Shown: piece by piece, positions 11,384 to 20,638 of the stretch
How the letters are laid out: the number at the start of each line of letters is the position of its first letter
Numbering within the stretch: the first letter of the stretch is position 1
From: Candidatus Sumerlaeia bacterium
GTDB taxonomy: Bacteria > Sumerlaeota > Sumerlaeia > SLMS01 > JANRJK01
NCBI GenBank assembly: GCA_033764015.1
Contig: JANRJK010000046.1
Coordinates: 192,001 to 256,000 of the forward strand
Direction: 5' to 3'
DNA length: 64,000 nt
The notes under the pieces: model-generated
Seen by the model: only the letters and a program-made list of their open reading frames with translations
Database searches by the model: none
Told to the model about the DNA's origin: nothing
Translations under genes and position numbers: made by a program

Positions 11384-12016
11384 CTAGCGGACGCCGATCG
11401 CTTTGTGCGTCTGCACGCTTAGGCGCCATTGGGGGTTCGCGAGGCAGTACGCCACCGCCGCGCGCGTGTTCGCCTCCACCTCCGGGCCGTCCATCGGCTG
11501 CAGGAAGAAATGCTTGAAGCGCTGCCCGGCGAACCGCTCCGGCGCCGCGGCCTCCTGCGGGAAGACCAGCTTCAGCTCGTCGCCCTCGAAGAGCACCTGC
11601 TCCGCGCGCGCCTTGGGGCTCACGCAGATCCAATCGATCCCAGGCGGAGGCAGGCGCGTGCCGTTCGTTTCGATCGCGATCTCGAAGCCGCGGGCGTGGA
11701 GCGCCTCCACCAGCGCCGGGTCCACTTGCAGGAGCGGCTCGCCGCCGGTCAGCACGACGAGCCGCGCGCCCTTCCCCGCGGGCCACTGCGCCACGACCGC
11801 TTCCGCCAGCGCGTCCGCATCGGCGAAGCGTCCACCGCCCGAACCGTCCGTGCCGACGAAGTCCGTGTCGCAGAACTGGCACACTGCGGAGGCGCGGTCC
11901 GCCTCTCGCCCGCTCCAAAGGTTGCATCCGGCGAAGCGGCAGAACACCGCCGCGCGCCCGCACTGGGCGCCTTCGCCTTGAATCGTCAGGTAGATTTCCT
12001 TCACCGCGTAGGGCAC
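11384..12016 (-). CDS. queE: 7-carboxy-7-deazaguanine synthase (Cx14CxxC type)
   Basis: KEIYLTIQGEG, CNLWSGREADRASAVCQFCDTDF, TGGEPLLQ, ETNGT, VSPK, LSVQTHK; GTG start at 12016 with a GAGGTG RBS. Confidence 0.95.
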   Translation of the reverse strand: MPYAVKEIYLTIQGEGAQCGRAAVFCRFAGCNLWSGREADRASAVCQFCDTDFVGTDGSGGGRFADADALAEAVVAQWPAGKGARLVVLTGGEPLLQVDPALVEALHARGFEIAIETNGTRLPPPGIDWICVSPKARAEQVLFEGDELKLVFPQEAAAPERFAGQRFKHFFLQPMDGPEVEANTRAAVAYCLANPQWRLSVQTHKAIGVR

Positions 12017-12063
12017 GAAGCGCTCACCTCGCAGGCAGCGTGCGCGACCCCTGCGCGCGGTGT

Positions 12064-12098
12064 CGAGGGCGGCGGCCGCCGACGCGCCGCCGCCCTCG
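12064..12098. terminator. GC-rich hairpin between nitroreductase and queE (possible terminator or processing site)
   Basis: CGAGGGCGGCGGC-N9-GCCGCCGCCCTCG, a perfect 13-bp stem with no U-tract. Confidence 0.45.
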
Positions 12099-12108
12099 CC
12101 GGATCCCG

Positions 12109-12714
12109 TTAGAACGAGTTCTCGCGCACCACCTCGGAGAGGTCGAGTTGGCCGGGCTTGGGCCACACGTCCTTCGTCTTCTTCCCGATGGCGACCAGCG
12201 GGCCCATGGCGTGGTCCGCCGGCAGCTTCACCAGCTTCGCCACTTGCTCGATGTCGAAGCCGATCATCGGGCACGAGTCGTAGCCGAGCTCCTTCGCGGC
12301 GAGCATCAGCGTCTGCATCGCCATGCCGATGGAGCGCTGCGCCTCGTCGCGCTGCAGCCACTCGCGGCCCTCGTGGAACGGGGCCATCCAGCCCACCAGG
12401 AGGTCCGACACCGCCTGCGGCGCATTGCGCCAATACCGCGCAGGCTCCTTGGTCCACGCCTTCACGTCCGCGGTGAACAGGACCAGCAGCGAAGCGTCCG
12501 TGATCTGGGACTGGTCGTTGCCGAACTCCTTGCGGATGCGGGCGCGCAGCTCCGGATCGCGGAGGATCACGAAGCGCCAGTGCTGGATGTTGAAGCTTGT
12601 GGGCGCTTGGATCGCCGCTTCCAGCAGCGTGCGCTCCTCCTCCGCGGTCATCTTGTGGTTCGGGTCGAAGTGCTTCACCGCGCGGCGCTCGCGAATCGCG
12701 TCGAGGACGTTCAT
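12109..12714 (-). CDS. Nitroreductase family protein
   Basis: MNVLDAIRERRAVKHFD, APTSFNIQHWRF, LMLAAKELGYDSCPMIGFD. Confidence 0.93.
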   Translation of the reverse strand: MNVLDAIRERRAVKHFDPNHKMTAEEERTLLEAAIQAPTSFNIQHWRFVILRDPELRARIRKEFGNDQSQITDASLLVLFTADVKAWTKEPARYWRNAPQAVSDLLVGWMAPFHEGREWLQRDEAQRSIGMAMQTLMLAAKELGYDSCPMIGFDIEQVAKLVKLPADHAMGPLVAIGKKTKDVWPKPGQLDLSEVVRENSF

Positions 12715-12825
12715 CGAAATGGGTTCCGTTCTGGGGAGTGTGGGCGGGCGCTGTGTTTCTTGCCCGCCGGCTGCATCCAGTGGAGCACAAGCAGGGCCAA
12801 GCCCGCACCCCGAGGAGTACCCCTT

Positions 12826-13380
12826 ATGACAGAACGCGAAAGGATGCTGGCGGGGGAGTTGTACCGCCCCGCCGACCCGGAACTGGCCGCGATGCGGTTG
12901 CGCGCCCGCAGCCTGATGCACCGCATCAACCACTCGGACCCGGCGGACATGCCCGCGCGCACGGGCCTTTTCCGCCAGTTGTTCGGCGCCATCGGCACCC
13001 GCTTCGAGATCGAGCCGCCGTTCCATTGCGACTACGGCTGCCACATCCACATCGGCGAGGACTTCTTCGCCAACTTCGGGTGCGTGGTGCTCGACGTGTG
13101 CGAAGTGCGGATCGGGCGGAGCGTCTTCCTCGCGCCCGGGGTGCACATCTACACGGCGGAGCATCCGCTCGATCCCGCCGCGCGGACGAGCGGGGGCGAG
13201 ATGGGCCGCCCGGTCACGATCGGCGACCGCGTCTGGATCGGAGGCGGGGCGATCATCCTGCCGGGCGTTGCCATCGGCGAGGACGCGGTGGTCGCCGCCG
13301 GCGCCGTGGTCGCGCGCGATGTGCCAGCGGGCGCCCTGGTTGGCGGCGTGCCGGCGCGCTTCATGAAGCCCGCCCGCTGA
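12826..13380 (+). CDS. maa: Sugar (maltose/galactoside) O-acetyltransferase
   Basis: MTERERMLAGELY, EPPFHCDYGCHIHIG, hexapeptide repeats, VWIGGGAIILPGV, GGVPAR. Confidence 0.88.
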   Translation: MTERERMLAGELYRPADPELAAMRLRARSLMHRINHSDPADMPARTGLFRQLFGAIGTRFEIEPPFHCDYGCHIHIGEDFFANFGCVVLDVCEVRIGRSVFLAPGVHIYTAEHPLDPAARTSGGEMGRPVTIGDRVWIGGGAIILPGVAIGEDAVVAAGAVVARDVPAGALVGGVPARFMKPAR

Positions 13381-13462
13381 GCTTTCCACCTCGACCCCGT
13401 AGGCCGCGCCGAGATAGTCCCGCGCCCTTGCAACGCAACGCCTCCCGGACTCCGCCCCCCCG

Positions 13463-15034
13463 ATGACCACCCAGCAGCCGCCCGCCGCCTCCAACGCCTC
13501 CGGCTTCCTCTCGCGGATCGGCGCGCTGCTCGCGGACCTGCTCCTGCTCGGCGCTTTCCTCGCCGCCGCCACCTCGGTGCTTCAGGTGCTCATCTCCGTC
13601 GTCGTGCTCGTGGTCGGCTACGCGCAGCACGCCAACGACCGCTTCGGGATGATCGAGTCCGACTGGCCCGCGCGGCACCGCGAAGACTGGCTGGTGCTCG
13701 GCGGCAGCATCCTCGCCTCGGTGCTGTTGATCCTCTTCCACCGCTTGTTCCTCCGCGTGCGCCGGCGGCTCCTGGCGCGCTTCGTCGAGAGCCGTTTCGA
13801 AAGCTTCGTCAGCAAGCGCTACCTGCTCGCGCGCGAGGGCGGCTCACTCGTTTCGCTCATCGCCGTCGTCTCCGTCTCCGGCGTCGCCGTCGGCGTCATG
13901 GCGCTCGTCGTCGTGATGTCGGTGATGAACGGCTTCGATCGCGTGCTGCTGGCGAAGATCATGGGCGTGATTTCGCACGTCGAGATTTCGCCCACCTTCG
14001 GCGGCGACCGCACGATCTCCTGGAGCGAAGTCGAGTACCTGATGGAGACGGTCGAGGCGAACCCGGAGGTGGTCGCCGCAGCGCCGCTCTTCGTCCGCCA
14101 GACGCTCTTCCAGCGCGACACCGGCGGCTCCGAGTTCAAGGCCGGCGGGCTGATCCGCGGCATCGACTTCGACCGCGAGGCGAAGGTCTCCGACCTGATG
14201 GCAAACGTGCCCGCACCCGGCGCCGCCCGCCCCGGCTTCCGCGAGATCGTGCTCGGCATCCAGCTCGCCCGCACCCTCCGCGTGGGCCCCGGCGACGACG
14301 TCTATGTCCTCGGCAAAGTCGTCACCACCGCGAACGGCACCTACCCGCGCCTGAGCCGCCTCAAGGTGGTCGGGCTGCTCCGGACCGGCCTGTACGATGT
14401 GGACAACGGCATCGGCTATGTCTCGATGGAGACGGCGCAGAACATCTTCGTGGACGAGGGCGCCGCGACCAGCGTCCACGTCAAGCTCCGCAAGCCGGAG
14501 GATGTGGACCTCGTGGCGCGCCAGCTCGCCGCGACGATCACCCGCGGCAACTACCAGCTCGTCACCTGGCAGCAGCGGAACAGCGACTTCTTCAACGCAC
14601 TCTGGGTCGAAAAGGTCGCCATGTTCATCATCCTGATGCTGATCGTGCTGGTGGCCGCGTTCAACATCGTCGGCACGCTGGTGATGACGGTGGTGCAGAA
14701 GACGCGCGAGATCGGCATCCTGAAGAGCATGGGCGCGCCCTCCGGCGCGGTGATGCGGATCTTCCTGTCGCACGGTTTCTTCATCGGGCTGATCGGCACC
14801 GCGCTCGGGGTTTCCTGGGGGCTTTGGATCTGCCTCTTCGTGCACAACGACATCGACAAGATCTTCCGGCTGCCCTCGGGCGTGTACGGGCTCGAGCGGC
14901 TGCCGGTGCTGGTGGAGCCGTCCGTGGTGCTGTTTATCGCGGGCTGCGCCATGGTGGTGTGCCTGCTGGCCTCGATCATCCCGGCGCGGCGCGCGGCGCG
15001 GTTCGACCCGGTCGAGGCGCTCCGGCACGAATAG
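13463..15034 (+). CDS. lolE: Lipoprotein-releasing ABC transporter permease (LolC/E) with an N-terminal extension
   Basis: FESFVSKRYL...GVMALVVVMSVMNGF, TWQQRN...EKVAMFIIL...VAAFNIVGTL..KTREIGILKSMG, PARRAARFDPVEALRHE. Confidence 0.88.
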   Translation: MTTQQPPAASNASGFLSRIGALLADLLLLGAFLAAATSVLQVLISVVVLVVGYAQHANDRFGMIESDWPARHREDWLVLGGSILASVLLILFHRLFLRVRRRLLARFVESRFESFVSKRYLLAREGGSLVSLIAVVSVSGVAVGVMALVVVMSVMNGFDRVLLAKIMGVISHVEISPTFGGDRTISWSEVEYLMETVEANPEVVAAAPLFVRQTLFQRDTGGSEFKAGGLIRGIDFDREAKVSDLMANVPAPGAARPGFREIVLGIQLARTLRVGPGDDVYVLGKVVTTANGTYPRLSRLKVVGLLRTGLYDVDNGIGYVSMETAQNIFVDEGAATSVHVKLRKPEDVDLVARQLAATITRGNYQLVTWQQRNSDFFNALWVEKVAMFIILMLIVLVAAFNIVGTLVMTVVQKTREIGILKSMGAPSGAVMRIFLSHGFFIGLIGTALGVSWGLWICLFVHNDIDKIFRLPSGVYGLERLPVLVEPSVVLFIAGCAMVVCLLASIIPARRAARFDPVEALRHE

Positions 15035-15241
15035 CGCGCTTGGAGCGCCGTTGACCCGCCCGGGGGCGGCCCCCTTGCCTCGTGCGCTGGCCCGGAACCA
15101 ACCCCGCGGCGCCCCCCGCGGTCTGCTTGTCCGCCGGCGGCGTGAAGGAAACGGCGCCCCGGCTGTATCACCACACGAACACAGGCGGAGCGGCGCATGG
15201 GTCGCTTGGCTCCCGCAACTGTCCCAAGGAGAAGACCCCCG

Positions 15242-16960
15242 ATGAAGCTCCGTCACACCATGATGGCCGCCGCCATCCTCGCCGCGGCCCCCGCGTTCGC
15301 CGCCGCGCAGTCGCTCGCCGTTCCCCAGCACGTCCCCGCCGACGCGGTCGCCGTGGTCAGCATCAACGACACGAACACGATGTGGGGGAACCTCGCCAAG
15401 TCGCCGCTCGTCGGCCCCGTGAAGGAGCTCTTCGCCCTCCCCGCCCTCCAGGAGGGCATGGGCGAACTCGCCGGCGCGCTCGCCGAGGCGGAGGCCGAAC
15501 TCGGCTTCCCCGTCAATGCCGACACGATGCTCGGCGACAAGGTCACGGGCGTCGACGTCTACATGCTCCCGACCAGCGACGGCGCCACCGTGCCGTCGAT
15601 CGTCAAGGTCTTGAAGTTCAAGAGCGCCGACGACGCCGAGGCGATCGCAGAGCTGGTCGTCGCCGAGCTCGGCGACGGAGCCACGGACGCCACCACCGCC
15701 GAGGTCGGCGGCGCGACGGTCCACAGCTTCCCGACCAGCGAGTTCCACATCGCCGTGAACGGCGACCTCATCGTCGCCGGCACCACCGCGGAGGCGGTCG
15801 GCGCCGCGATCACCAGCGACGGCAAGGCGGCGATCCTCGAGAGCCCCGAGTTCGCCCGCGCCATGGGCCAGCTCGCCGAGCGCCCGCACCAGATGTGGGT
15901 CTACGGCGCCGGCGACCAGCTCGTCGACGCGCTCGGAGCCGTCGTCCCCCCGGACGCCGCCTCGGGACTCAACAGCATGAAGGGCCAGACCATCGCCATG
16001 GTCGGCGACTTCCAGAGCGACTTCGTGAAGCTCACCTCCTTCACGCCGAAGGAAAACTTCACCGGCGCCCAGCAGGTCTCCGCGGCCAACGCCAGCTCGA
16101 ACGACCTCAAGGCGGCGGCCTATCTCCCCGGCAACTCGCTGCTCTCCTTCACGATGAACTACCTCAGCGCGAAGGAGCATTGGGACGCCACGATCGCCGA
16201 CGCGCAGAAGGCCGGCCCGGAAGCGCAGATGGGCCTCGGCATGATCCAGGGGAGCCTCCAGGGCAGCGAACAGTCGCTCGGGTTCTCGGTCTTCGACGAA
16301 CTCTTCCCCGCGCTCGGCTCCAACATGGGCGTCAGCATCAACAAGCTCGCCTTCAACCCGACGATCCAGCCGCCGATCGACGTCGACCTGACGCTCGCCG
16401 CGCAGGCCAAGGACGCCGCGAAGCTCCAGGAGATCCTCGGCAAGCTCGAGGCGTCGGTGAACGCCGCGCTGAAGGAGCAGCTCATGGCGACCGGCATGGC
16501 GCCGGGCGACGACTTCTCCGCCTTCATCGGCAAGGAGTCCTCGGGCCAGAAGCTCCGCGTCTTCAAGGCGCCGGAGGGCTTCGACGCGCAGGTGCCCGTC
16601 ACGCCCGCCTACACGCTGACGGACGACGGCTTCCTGGTGTTCGGCCTCTCGGAGAAGGGCGTCACGGACGCCCTCGCCCGCGCGACCGGCGGCGGCGAGA
16701 CGGCCACCACGTCGGCCTCGTTCCAGCGCGCGCAGCAACTCTTCGACACGAACCGCAACTCGGTCACGGCGGTGAACCTGTCCGCGATCTCCGACACGGG
16801 CACCAACTTGATGCTGGTCTTCGGCGCGACCCAGCCGCCCGACGCGCAGGCCGCCATCAACAGCACGCTCAAGGTCCTCAAGGCGATGGGCAGCGTCTAC
16901 GCCGTGAAGACGTACAGCGACGCGGGTTCCATCGACGAGTTCGTCACGGTCATGAAGTAA
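15242..16960 (+). CDS. Secreted protein, DUF3352-like
   Basis: Signal peptide MKLRHT...AFAAA; two internally similar halves (VPADAVAVVS and LPGNSLLSF); AAGGAG RBS; strongly biased codons. Confidence 0.6.
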   Translation: MKLRHTMMAAAILAAAPAFAAAQSLAVPQHVPADAVAVVSINDTNTMWGNLAKSPLVGPVKELFALPALQEGMGELAGALAEAEAELGFPVNADTMLGDKVTGVDVYMLPTSDGATVPSIVKVLKFKSADDAEAIAELVVAELGDGATDATTAEVGGATVHSFPTSEFHIAVNGDLIVAGTTAEAVGAAITSDGKAAILESPEFARAMGQLAERPHQMWVYGAGDQLVDALGAVVPPDAASGLNSMKGQTIAMVGDFQSDFVKLTSFTPKENFTGAQQVSAANASSNDLKAAAYLPGNSLLSFTMNYLSAKEHWDATIADAQKAGPEAQMGLGMIQGSLQGSEQSLGFSVFDELFPALGSNMGVSINKLAFNPTIQPPIDVDLTLAAQAKDAAKLQEILGKLEASVNAALKEQLMATGMAPGDDFSAFIGKESSGQKLRVFKAPEGFDAQVPVTPAYTLTDDGFLVFGLSEKGVTDALARATGGGETATTSASFQRAQQLFDTNRNSVTAVNLSAISDTGTNLMLVFGATQPPDAQAAINSTLKVLKAMGSVYAVKTYSDAGSIDEFVTVMK

Positions 16961-16969
16961 CAGCGGCGC

Positions 16970-17047
16970 GCCGGGGCGGCTCCCAAGCCGCCCCGGCTCC
17001 ACCGCCCGGAATAGGACGGCCCCCGGAACGATTGGTTCCGGGGGCCG
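16970..17047. terminator. Two tandem hairpins between convergent genes (probable bidirectional terminator)
   Basis: GCCGGGGCGGCT-CCCA-AGCCGCCCCGGC (16970-16997) and CGGCCCCCGGAAC-GATTG-GTTCCGGGGGCCG (17017-17047). Confidence 0.75.
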
Positions 17048-17074
17048 CTTCATTCACTGGCTATCGAGGGAGGC

Positions 17075-17899
17075 TTACTGCGGGACGCCCTCGCCGGACC
17101 CGTTGCCCGACGCGAACGCCGTCGCGGAGTTCGCGAGGTGCTCCGGAGCTTCGATGTTCACTTGGATCTGGTTCCGGTAGGTGCGGACGACGCCCTTGAC
17201 GACGAGCGGCATGCCGCGGTCGAGGCGGACCGTCGGGTCCAGCTTGTCGGACACCTCGCGCCAGAAGACCAGTTCGACCGCGCCTGTCTGGTCGCGGAGC
17301 GTGATCTTGGTGGGGGTGCGGGGGACGGGGCTGGGGGCGTACTCTTCGATGACGCCGGCGAGCTGGACGCGCGAGTCCACCGTGTGCAGGCCGATGGCGC
17401 CGATGGTCACCGGGACGAAGACGTTGGGATCGACGCGGTTGGCGCTCCAGCGGGGCACCTTGAAGCCGGGCTTCACGCGGATGTGCGTGGGCTGCGTGAT
17501 GTTGAGCTGGCGCTCGCCGCGGTACTCGCCGGTTTCGGCGAACAGGTCGATCACCGCTCCCTTGACGAACTTCTCCCGGTCCGGCACCTGGAGCCAGACG
17601 TCCTCGAAGACAACGACCGGCGCCTGGCCGGTGTCGTCGGCGATGAAGAGCTTCCAAGGCTGGCGGGTGCCGGGTTGCGGGCTCTGGATCGAAACGAGTG
17701 TGCACCGGATGTAGGAGTAGGACGCGAGTCCCTTGCCGGTGTCCTTGGCGACCGCGTCGCGGATCGGGCTCCAAGGAAGGTGGTCGCCGGTGTCGACCGG
17801 CTGCTGCTGGGATGCCGCGTCGCCTTGGGCCGGGAGCACCGCCGGCATCGCGGCGAGCGCCAGCAACACCGGAACGGTCTTGAGGAGTTCCCTGAGCAT
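17075..17899 (-). CDS. Exported protein with two OB-fold-like domains
   Basis: Signal peptide (LLALAAMPAVLPA|Q); two similar units, ADDTGQAPVVVF...GEYRGERQLNI and RDQTGAVELVFW...GVVRTYRNQIQVNI, typical of nucleic-acid-binding OB folds. Alternative start at 17935. Confidence 0.65.
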   Translation of the reverse strand: MLRELLKTVPVLLALAAMPAVLPAQGDAASQQQPVDTGDHLPWSPIRDAVAKDTGKGLASYSYIRCTLVSIQSPQPGTRQPWKLFIADDTGQAPVVVFEDVWLQVPDREKFVKGAVIDLFAETGEYRGERQLNITQPTHIRVKPGFKVPRWSANRVDPNVFVPVTIGAIGLHTVDSRVQLAGVIEEYAPSPVPRTPTKITLRDQTGAVELVFWREVSDKLDPTVRLDRGMPLVVKGVVRTYRNQIQVNIEAPEHLANSATAFASGNGSGEGVPQ

Positions 17900-18141
17900 C
17901 TGTAGTTGCGGCTCCTTTGCGGAGAGGGGTTCCATGCTTGGGCCAACTACTGGAGAGAGACCGGGACCATCGACAAGGGGTTTTGGGCTCTAAAAGCCTT
18001 TATGGGGAGGGTGTGGAGCTTACCCTTGCTTCCCCTAGCGGGGATGGAACACCTATAATGTTGCCAAGGTTCCGGCGGTTGGGCGGCGCTAAAAGTCGCC
18101 GCGAAATCGCGAGGACCGATCCCGGCCACGGAGTGCGAACC

Positions 18142-19449
18142 ATGCCCCCCCGCTTCGAACCGGGCCAGCTTCTGGCCGACGAGGAGCTCCAGCTCAAGTC
18201 CCGGCTCATCGAGGCGGGATGGGGTGCCGTCTGGCGCGCGGACCATCCGCGCCACGGCGCCGTCTTCGCCGTCTTCTGGGACGACCCGGCCGACACGGCC
18301 AAGGCGTCGAAGCGCCTCGAGCGCTGGCGCTCCATGGCACAGCACATCACGCACCTCGCCCCCGTCGCCGGGTTCTCGCCCGGCGCCCCCCGTCCGCACC
18401 TCCTGCTGCCGGACTCCGGCGCGCCGCTGCTCTCCGAGAGGCTGGCCCAGGGTCCGCTCACCGGCCGCGAGGCCGCCCGCCTCGGCGCGACACTGGGCCA
18501 CGCCCTCGTCGCCCTCGAGGGCGAAGCGATCCTCCCGCTCGGACTTTCGCCGGAGCGCATCCAGCTCGGCCCCGGCGGCAAGCCCGAGGGCCTCGCGATC
18601 CTCCCGTTCGGCCTGTTCGACCCTTCCGAGCGTTCGCGCCACGACGCCGCCGCTTGGCAGGCGCCGAACCTCCTGCCGGAGGACGACTGGGACAAACGCC
18701 ATGCGGACGTGTTCGCGCTCGGGCTGCTCGTCGTCGCGGCGGCCACCGGCAAGCCCGGCCCGCCCTCGCCCGGGGACCGCCGCGGCGGTGTGCCCTACTC
18801 CAAGCTTTCCACGCTCCTGTCGAACCTGCTGGTGTCGCAGGGCGGCGCCTATCCGGAGCCGAAGGTCGCGGTGATGATGCTCGAGCGCTGGCTGGCCCGC
18901 GAGGCCGTCGGCGACGAGAAGGAGCTCGCGGAGCGCAAGGCCGACGCGCAGCGCACCCCCGCCCAGCGGGCGCTGCACCGCCACAAGCCGCTGCTCGTGA
19001 AGCTCGGCGCGGCGCTCGGCGCGGTGCTCGCCGTGGTGCTGGTCGGGATGCTGCTCATCAAGTCGATCTCCGGCGGCGACCCGGCGGACACGCCGCGGGG
19101 AGTGGCGCGGGCGTTCTTCGAGGCGCTGGTGGACCGCGATCCGGCGGCGGCGGACAGGTTCGCCCGCGAGGAGGCGGCGGGCCGGGCGGCGATGCTGCTC
19201 GCGGAGGTGGAGCGCCTCGAGGCGGCGGCGCTCGCAAGCCGGCTCGGCGCCGCGCAGGCGCCGCGGCTCGGCGACGCCTCCATCAGCCCCATCCAGGGGA
19301 CCACAAGCCTCGTCGGCGAAAACGGCGACGCCTTCATGCGCGTCGACTTCGTGCTCAAGCTGGACCGCGGCACCCGCAAGTGGCACGTCGCCACGCTGCT
19401 CTGGGCGCCCCTCGTGGGGCAGCCGGAGGAACCGCGGCAGGCCCCGTAA
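18142..19449 (+). CDS. Membrane-anchored Ser/Thr pseudokinase with a C-terminal extracytoplasmic domain
   Basis: Kinase-like order of motifs (LIEAGWGAVWRA, LSPERI, PFGL, WQAPN, ADVFALG) but catalytic residues are missing; one TM helix (LGAALGAVLAVVLVGMLLI). Confidence 0.65.
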   Translation: MPPRFEPGQLLADEELQLKSRLIEAGWGAVWRADHPRHGAVFAVFWDDPADTAKASKRLERWRSMAQHITHLAPVAGFSPGAPRPHLLLPDSGAPLLSERLAQGPLTGREAARLGATLGHALVALEGEAILPLGLSPERIQLGPGGKPEGLAILPFGLFDPSERSRHDAAAWQAPNLLPEDDWDKRHADVFALGLLVVAAATGKPGPPSPGDRRGGVPYSKLSTLLSNLLVSQGGAYPEPKVAVMMLERWLAREAVGDEKELAERKADAQRTPAQRALHRHKPLLVKLGAALGAVLAVVLVGMLLIKSISGGDPADTPRGVARAFFEALVDRDPAAADRFAREEAAGRAAMLLAEVERLEAAALASRLGAAQAPRLGDASISPIQGTTSLVGENGDAFMRVDFVLKLDRGTRKWHVATLLWAPLVGQPEEPRQAP

Positions 19450-19540
19450 CCCCCGCCGCCTCCCCTGTTGCGCGAAGGGCGGGAAACTTGCGAGCGTCCG
19501 TCCCAGACCCGGCGCGCCGCGCCCGCCGTCGAGGAACCCG

Positions 19541-20638
19541 ATGGAATTCCGCTACGAACATTTCGACGGCTCGCTCTTCGAGAACATCAACCGCGAGAAG
19601 ATGAAGCAGCTCTTCCTCGAGCTGCTCCTGAAGACCTCCGGCAACGCCGAGATGGCGCTGAAGTACCTGAAGCGCCTCTTCGACCAGCACAACCTCGAGC
19701 AGGCGCTCGGCATGTCCTTCGCCGAGTTCCGCGAGTGGCTGAAGGAGCAGCAGCTCCTCGAGCAGGACCGCCAGACCGGCGCCCTCGCGGCCACGCAGCG
19801 CGCGGACCGCGAGATCCAGAAGGCCGCCTTCGAGGAGATCTTCCAGGACCTCGGCAGCGACACCTTCGGCGACCACCCGGGGCGCACCGCCGGGCGCGGC
19901 GGGGACAAGCTGGCGGAAACGCGCCGCTACGCCTTCGGCGACGAAATCGTCGACATCGACTTCACCTCCTCCATCGGCAACGCGGTCCGCCGCAGCGGCG
20001 TGGACGACGACTTCCGCATGGACGAGGACGACCTCGAGACGCACCAGCGCGAACAGCTCACGAGCTGCGCCACGGTGATCCTGATCGACATCAGCCACTC
20101 GATGATCCTGTACGGCGAGGACCGCATCACGCCGGCGAAGAAGGTGGCCATGGCGCTGATCGAGTACATCCAGCAGCGCTACCCGAAGGACTCCATCGAC
20201 GTCGCGCTGTTCGGCGACGAGGCGGTCGAGGTGCCGGCCGCGGAGGTGGCGCGGGTCAGCGTGGGGCCCTTCCACACGAACACCAAGGCGGGGCTGCAGC
20301 TCGCCCAGCGCCTCCTGCTCCGCCGCAAGGCGGTCAACAAGCAGGTCTTCATGATCACCGACGGCAAGCCCTCCGCGATCACGGAGCAGGGCGAACTCTA
20401 CAAGAACCCCTTCGGCCTCGATCCCAAGATCGTGACGCAGACCATCAACGAGGCGACGCAGCTCCGGCGGAAGGGCATCACGATCACGACGTTCATGATC
20501 ACGACCGACCCCCACCTGCAGGACTTCGTGGACCGCATGACGAAGGCGAACAAGGGGCGCGCCTACTACGCGAGCCTCGACAACCTCGGCTCGTTCATCT
20601 TCGCCGACTACGCCAAGAACAAGAAGAAGCGGGTGTGA
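19541..20638 (+). CDS. von Willebrand factor A domain protein (COG4867-like)
   Basis: MIDAS motif DISHS, then HTNT and MITDGKPS; TRRYAFGD and ILYGEDRITPAKKVAMAL are characteristic of the family. Confidence 0.85.
   Translation: MEFRYEHFDGSLFENINREKMKQLFLELLLKTSGNAEMALKYLKRLFDQHNLEQALGMSFAEFREWLKEQQLLEQDRQTGALAATQRADREIQKAAFEEIFQDLGSDTFGDHPGRTAGRGGDKLAETRRYAFGDEIVDIDFTSSIGNAVRRSGVDDDFRMDEDDLETHQREQLTSCATVILIDISHSMILYGEDRITPAKKVAMALIEYIQQRYPKDSIDVALFGDEAVEVPAAEVARVSVGPFHTNTKAGLQLAQRLLLRRKAVNKQVFMITDGKPSAITEQGELYKNPFGLDPKIVTQTINEATQLRRKGITITTFMITTDPHLQDFVDRMTKANKGRAYYASLDNLGSFIFADYAKNKKKRV

Noticed and set aside
12017..12108. Possible preQ1 riboswitch upstream of queE (also checked upstream of queA)
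   Set aside because: Only a GC-rich hairpin is present, with no preQ1-I loop or A-rich 3' tail.
13844..17053. Long antisense or alternative-frame ORFs (also 29276-32140, 28599-31883, the upstream part of 52279-55392, 57442-60342, 61341-63998)
   Set aside because: They overlap well-supported genes, and stop codons are rare in high-GC DNA. The translations are low-complexity Arg/Ala/Pro/Gly.
18011..18060. Sigma-54 or sigma-70 promoter upstream of the pseudokinase
   Set aside because: The GG-to-GC spacing is 11 rather than 10, and the TATAAT at 18054 has no -35 element at the right distance.
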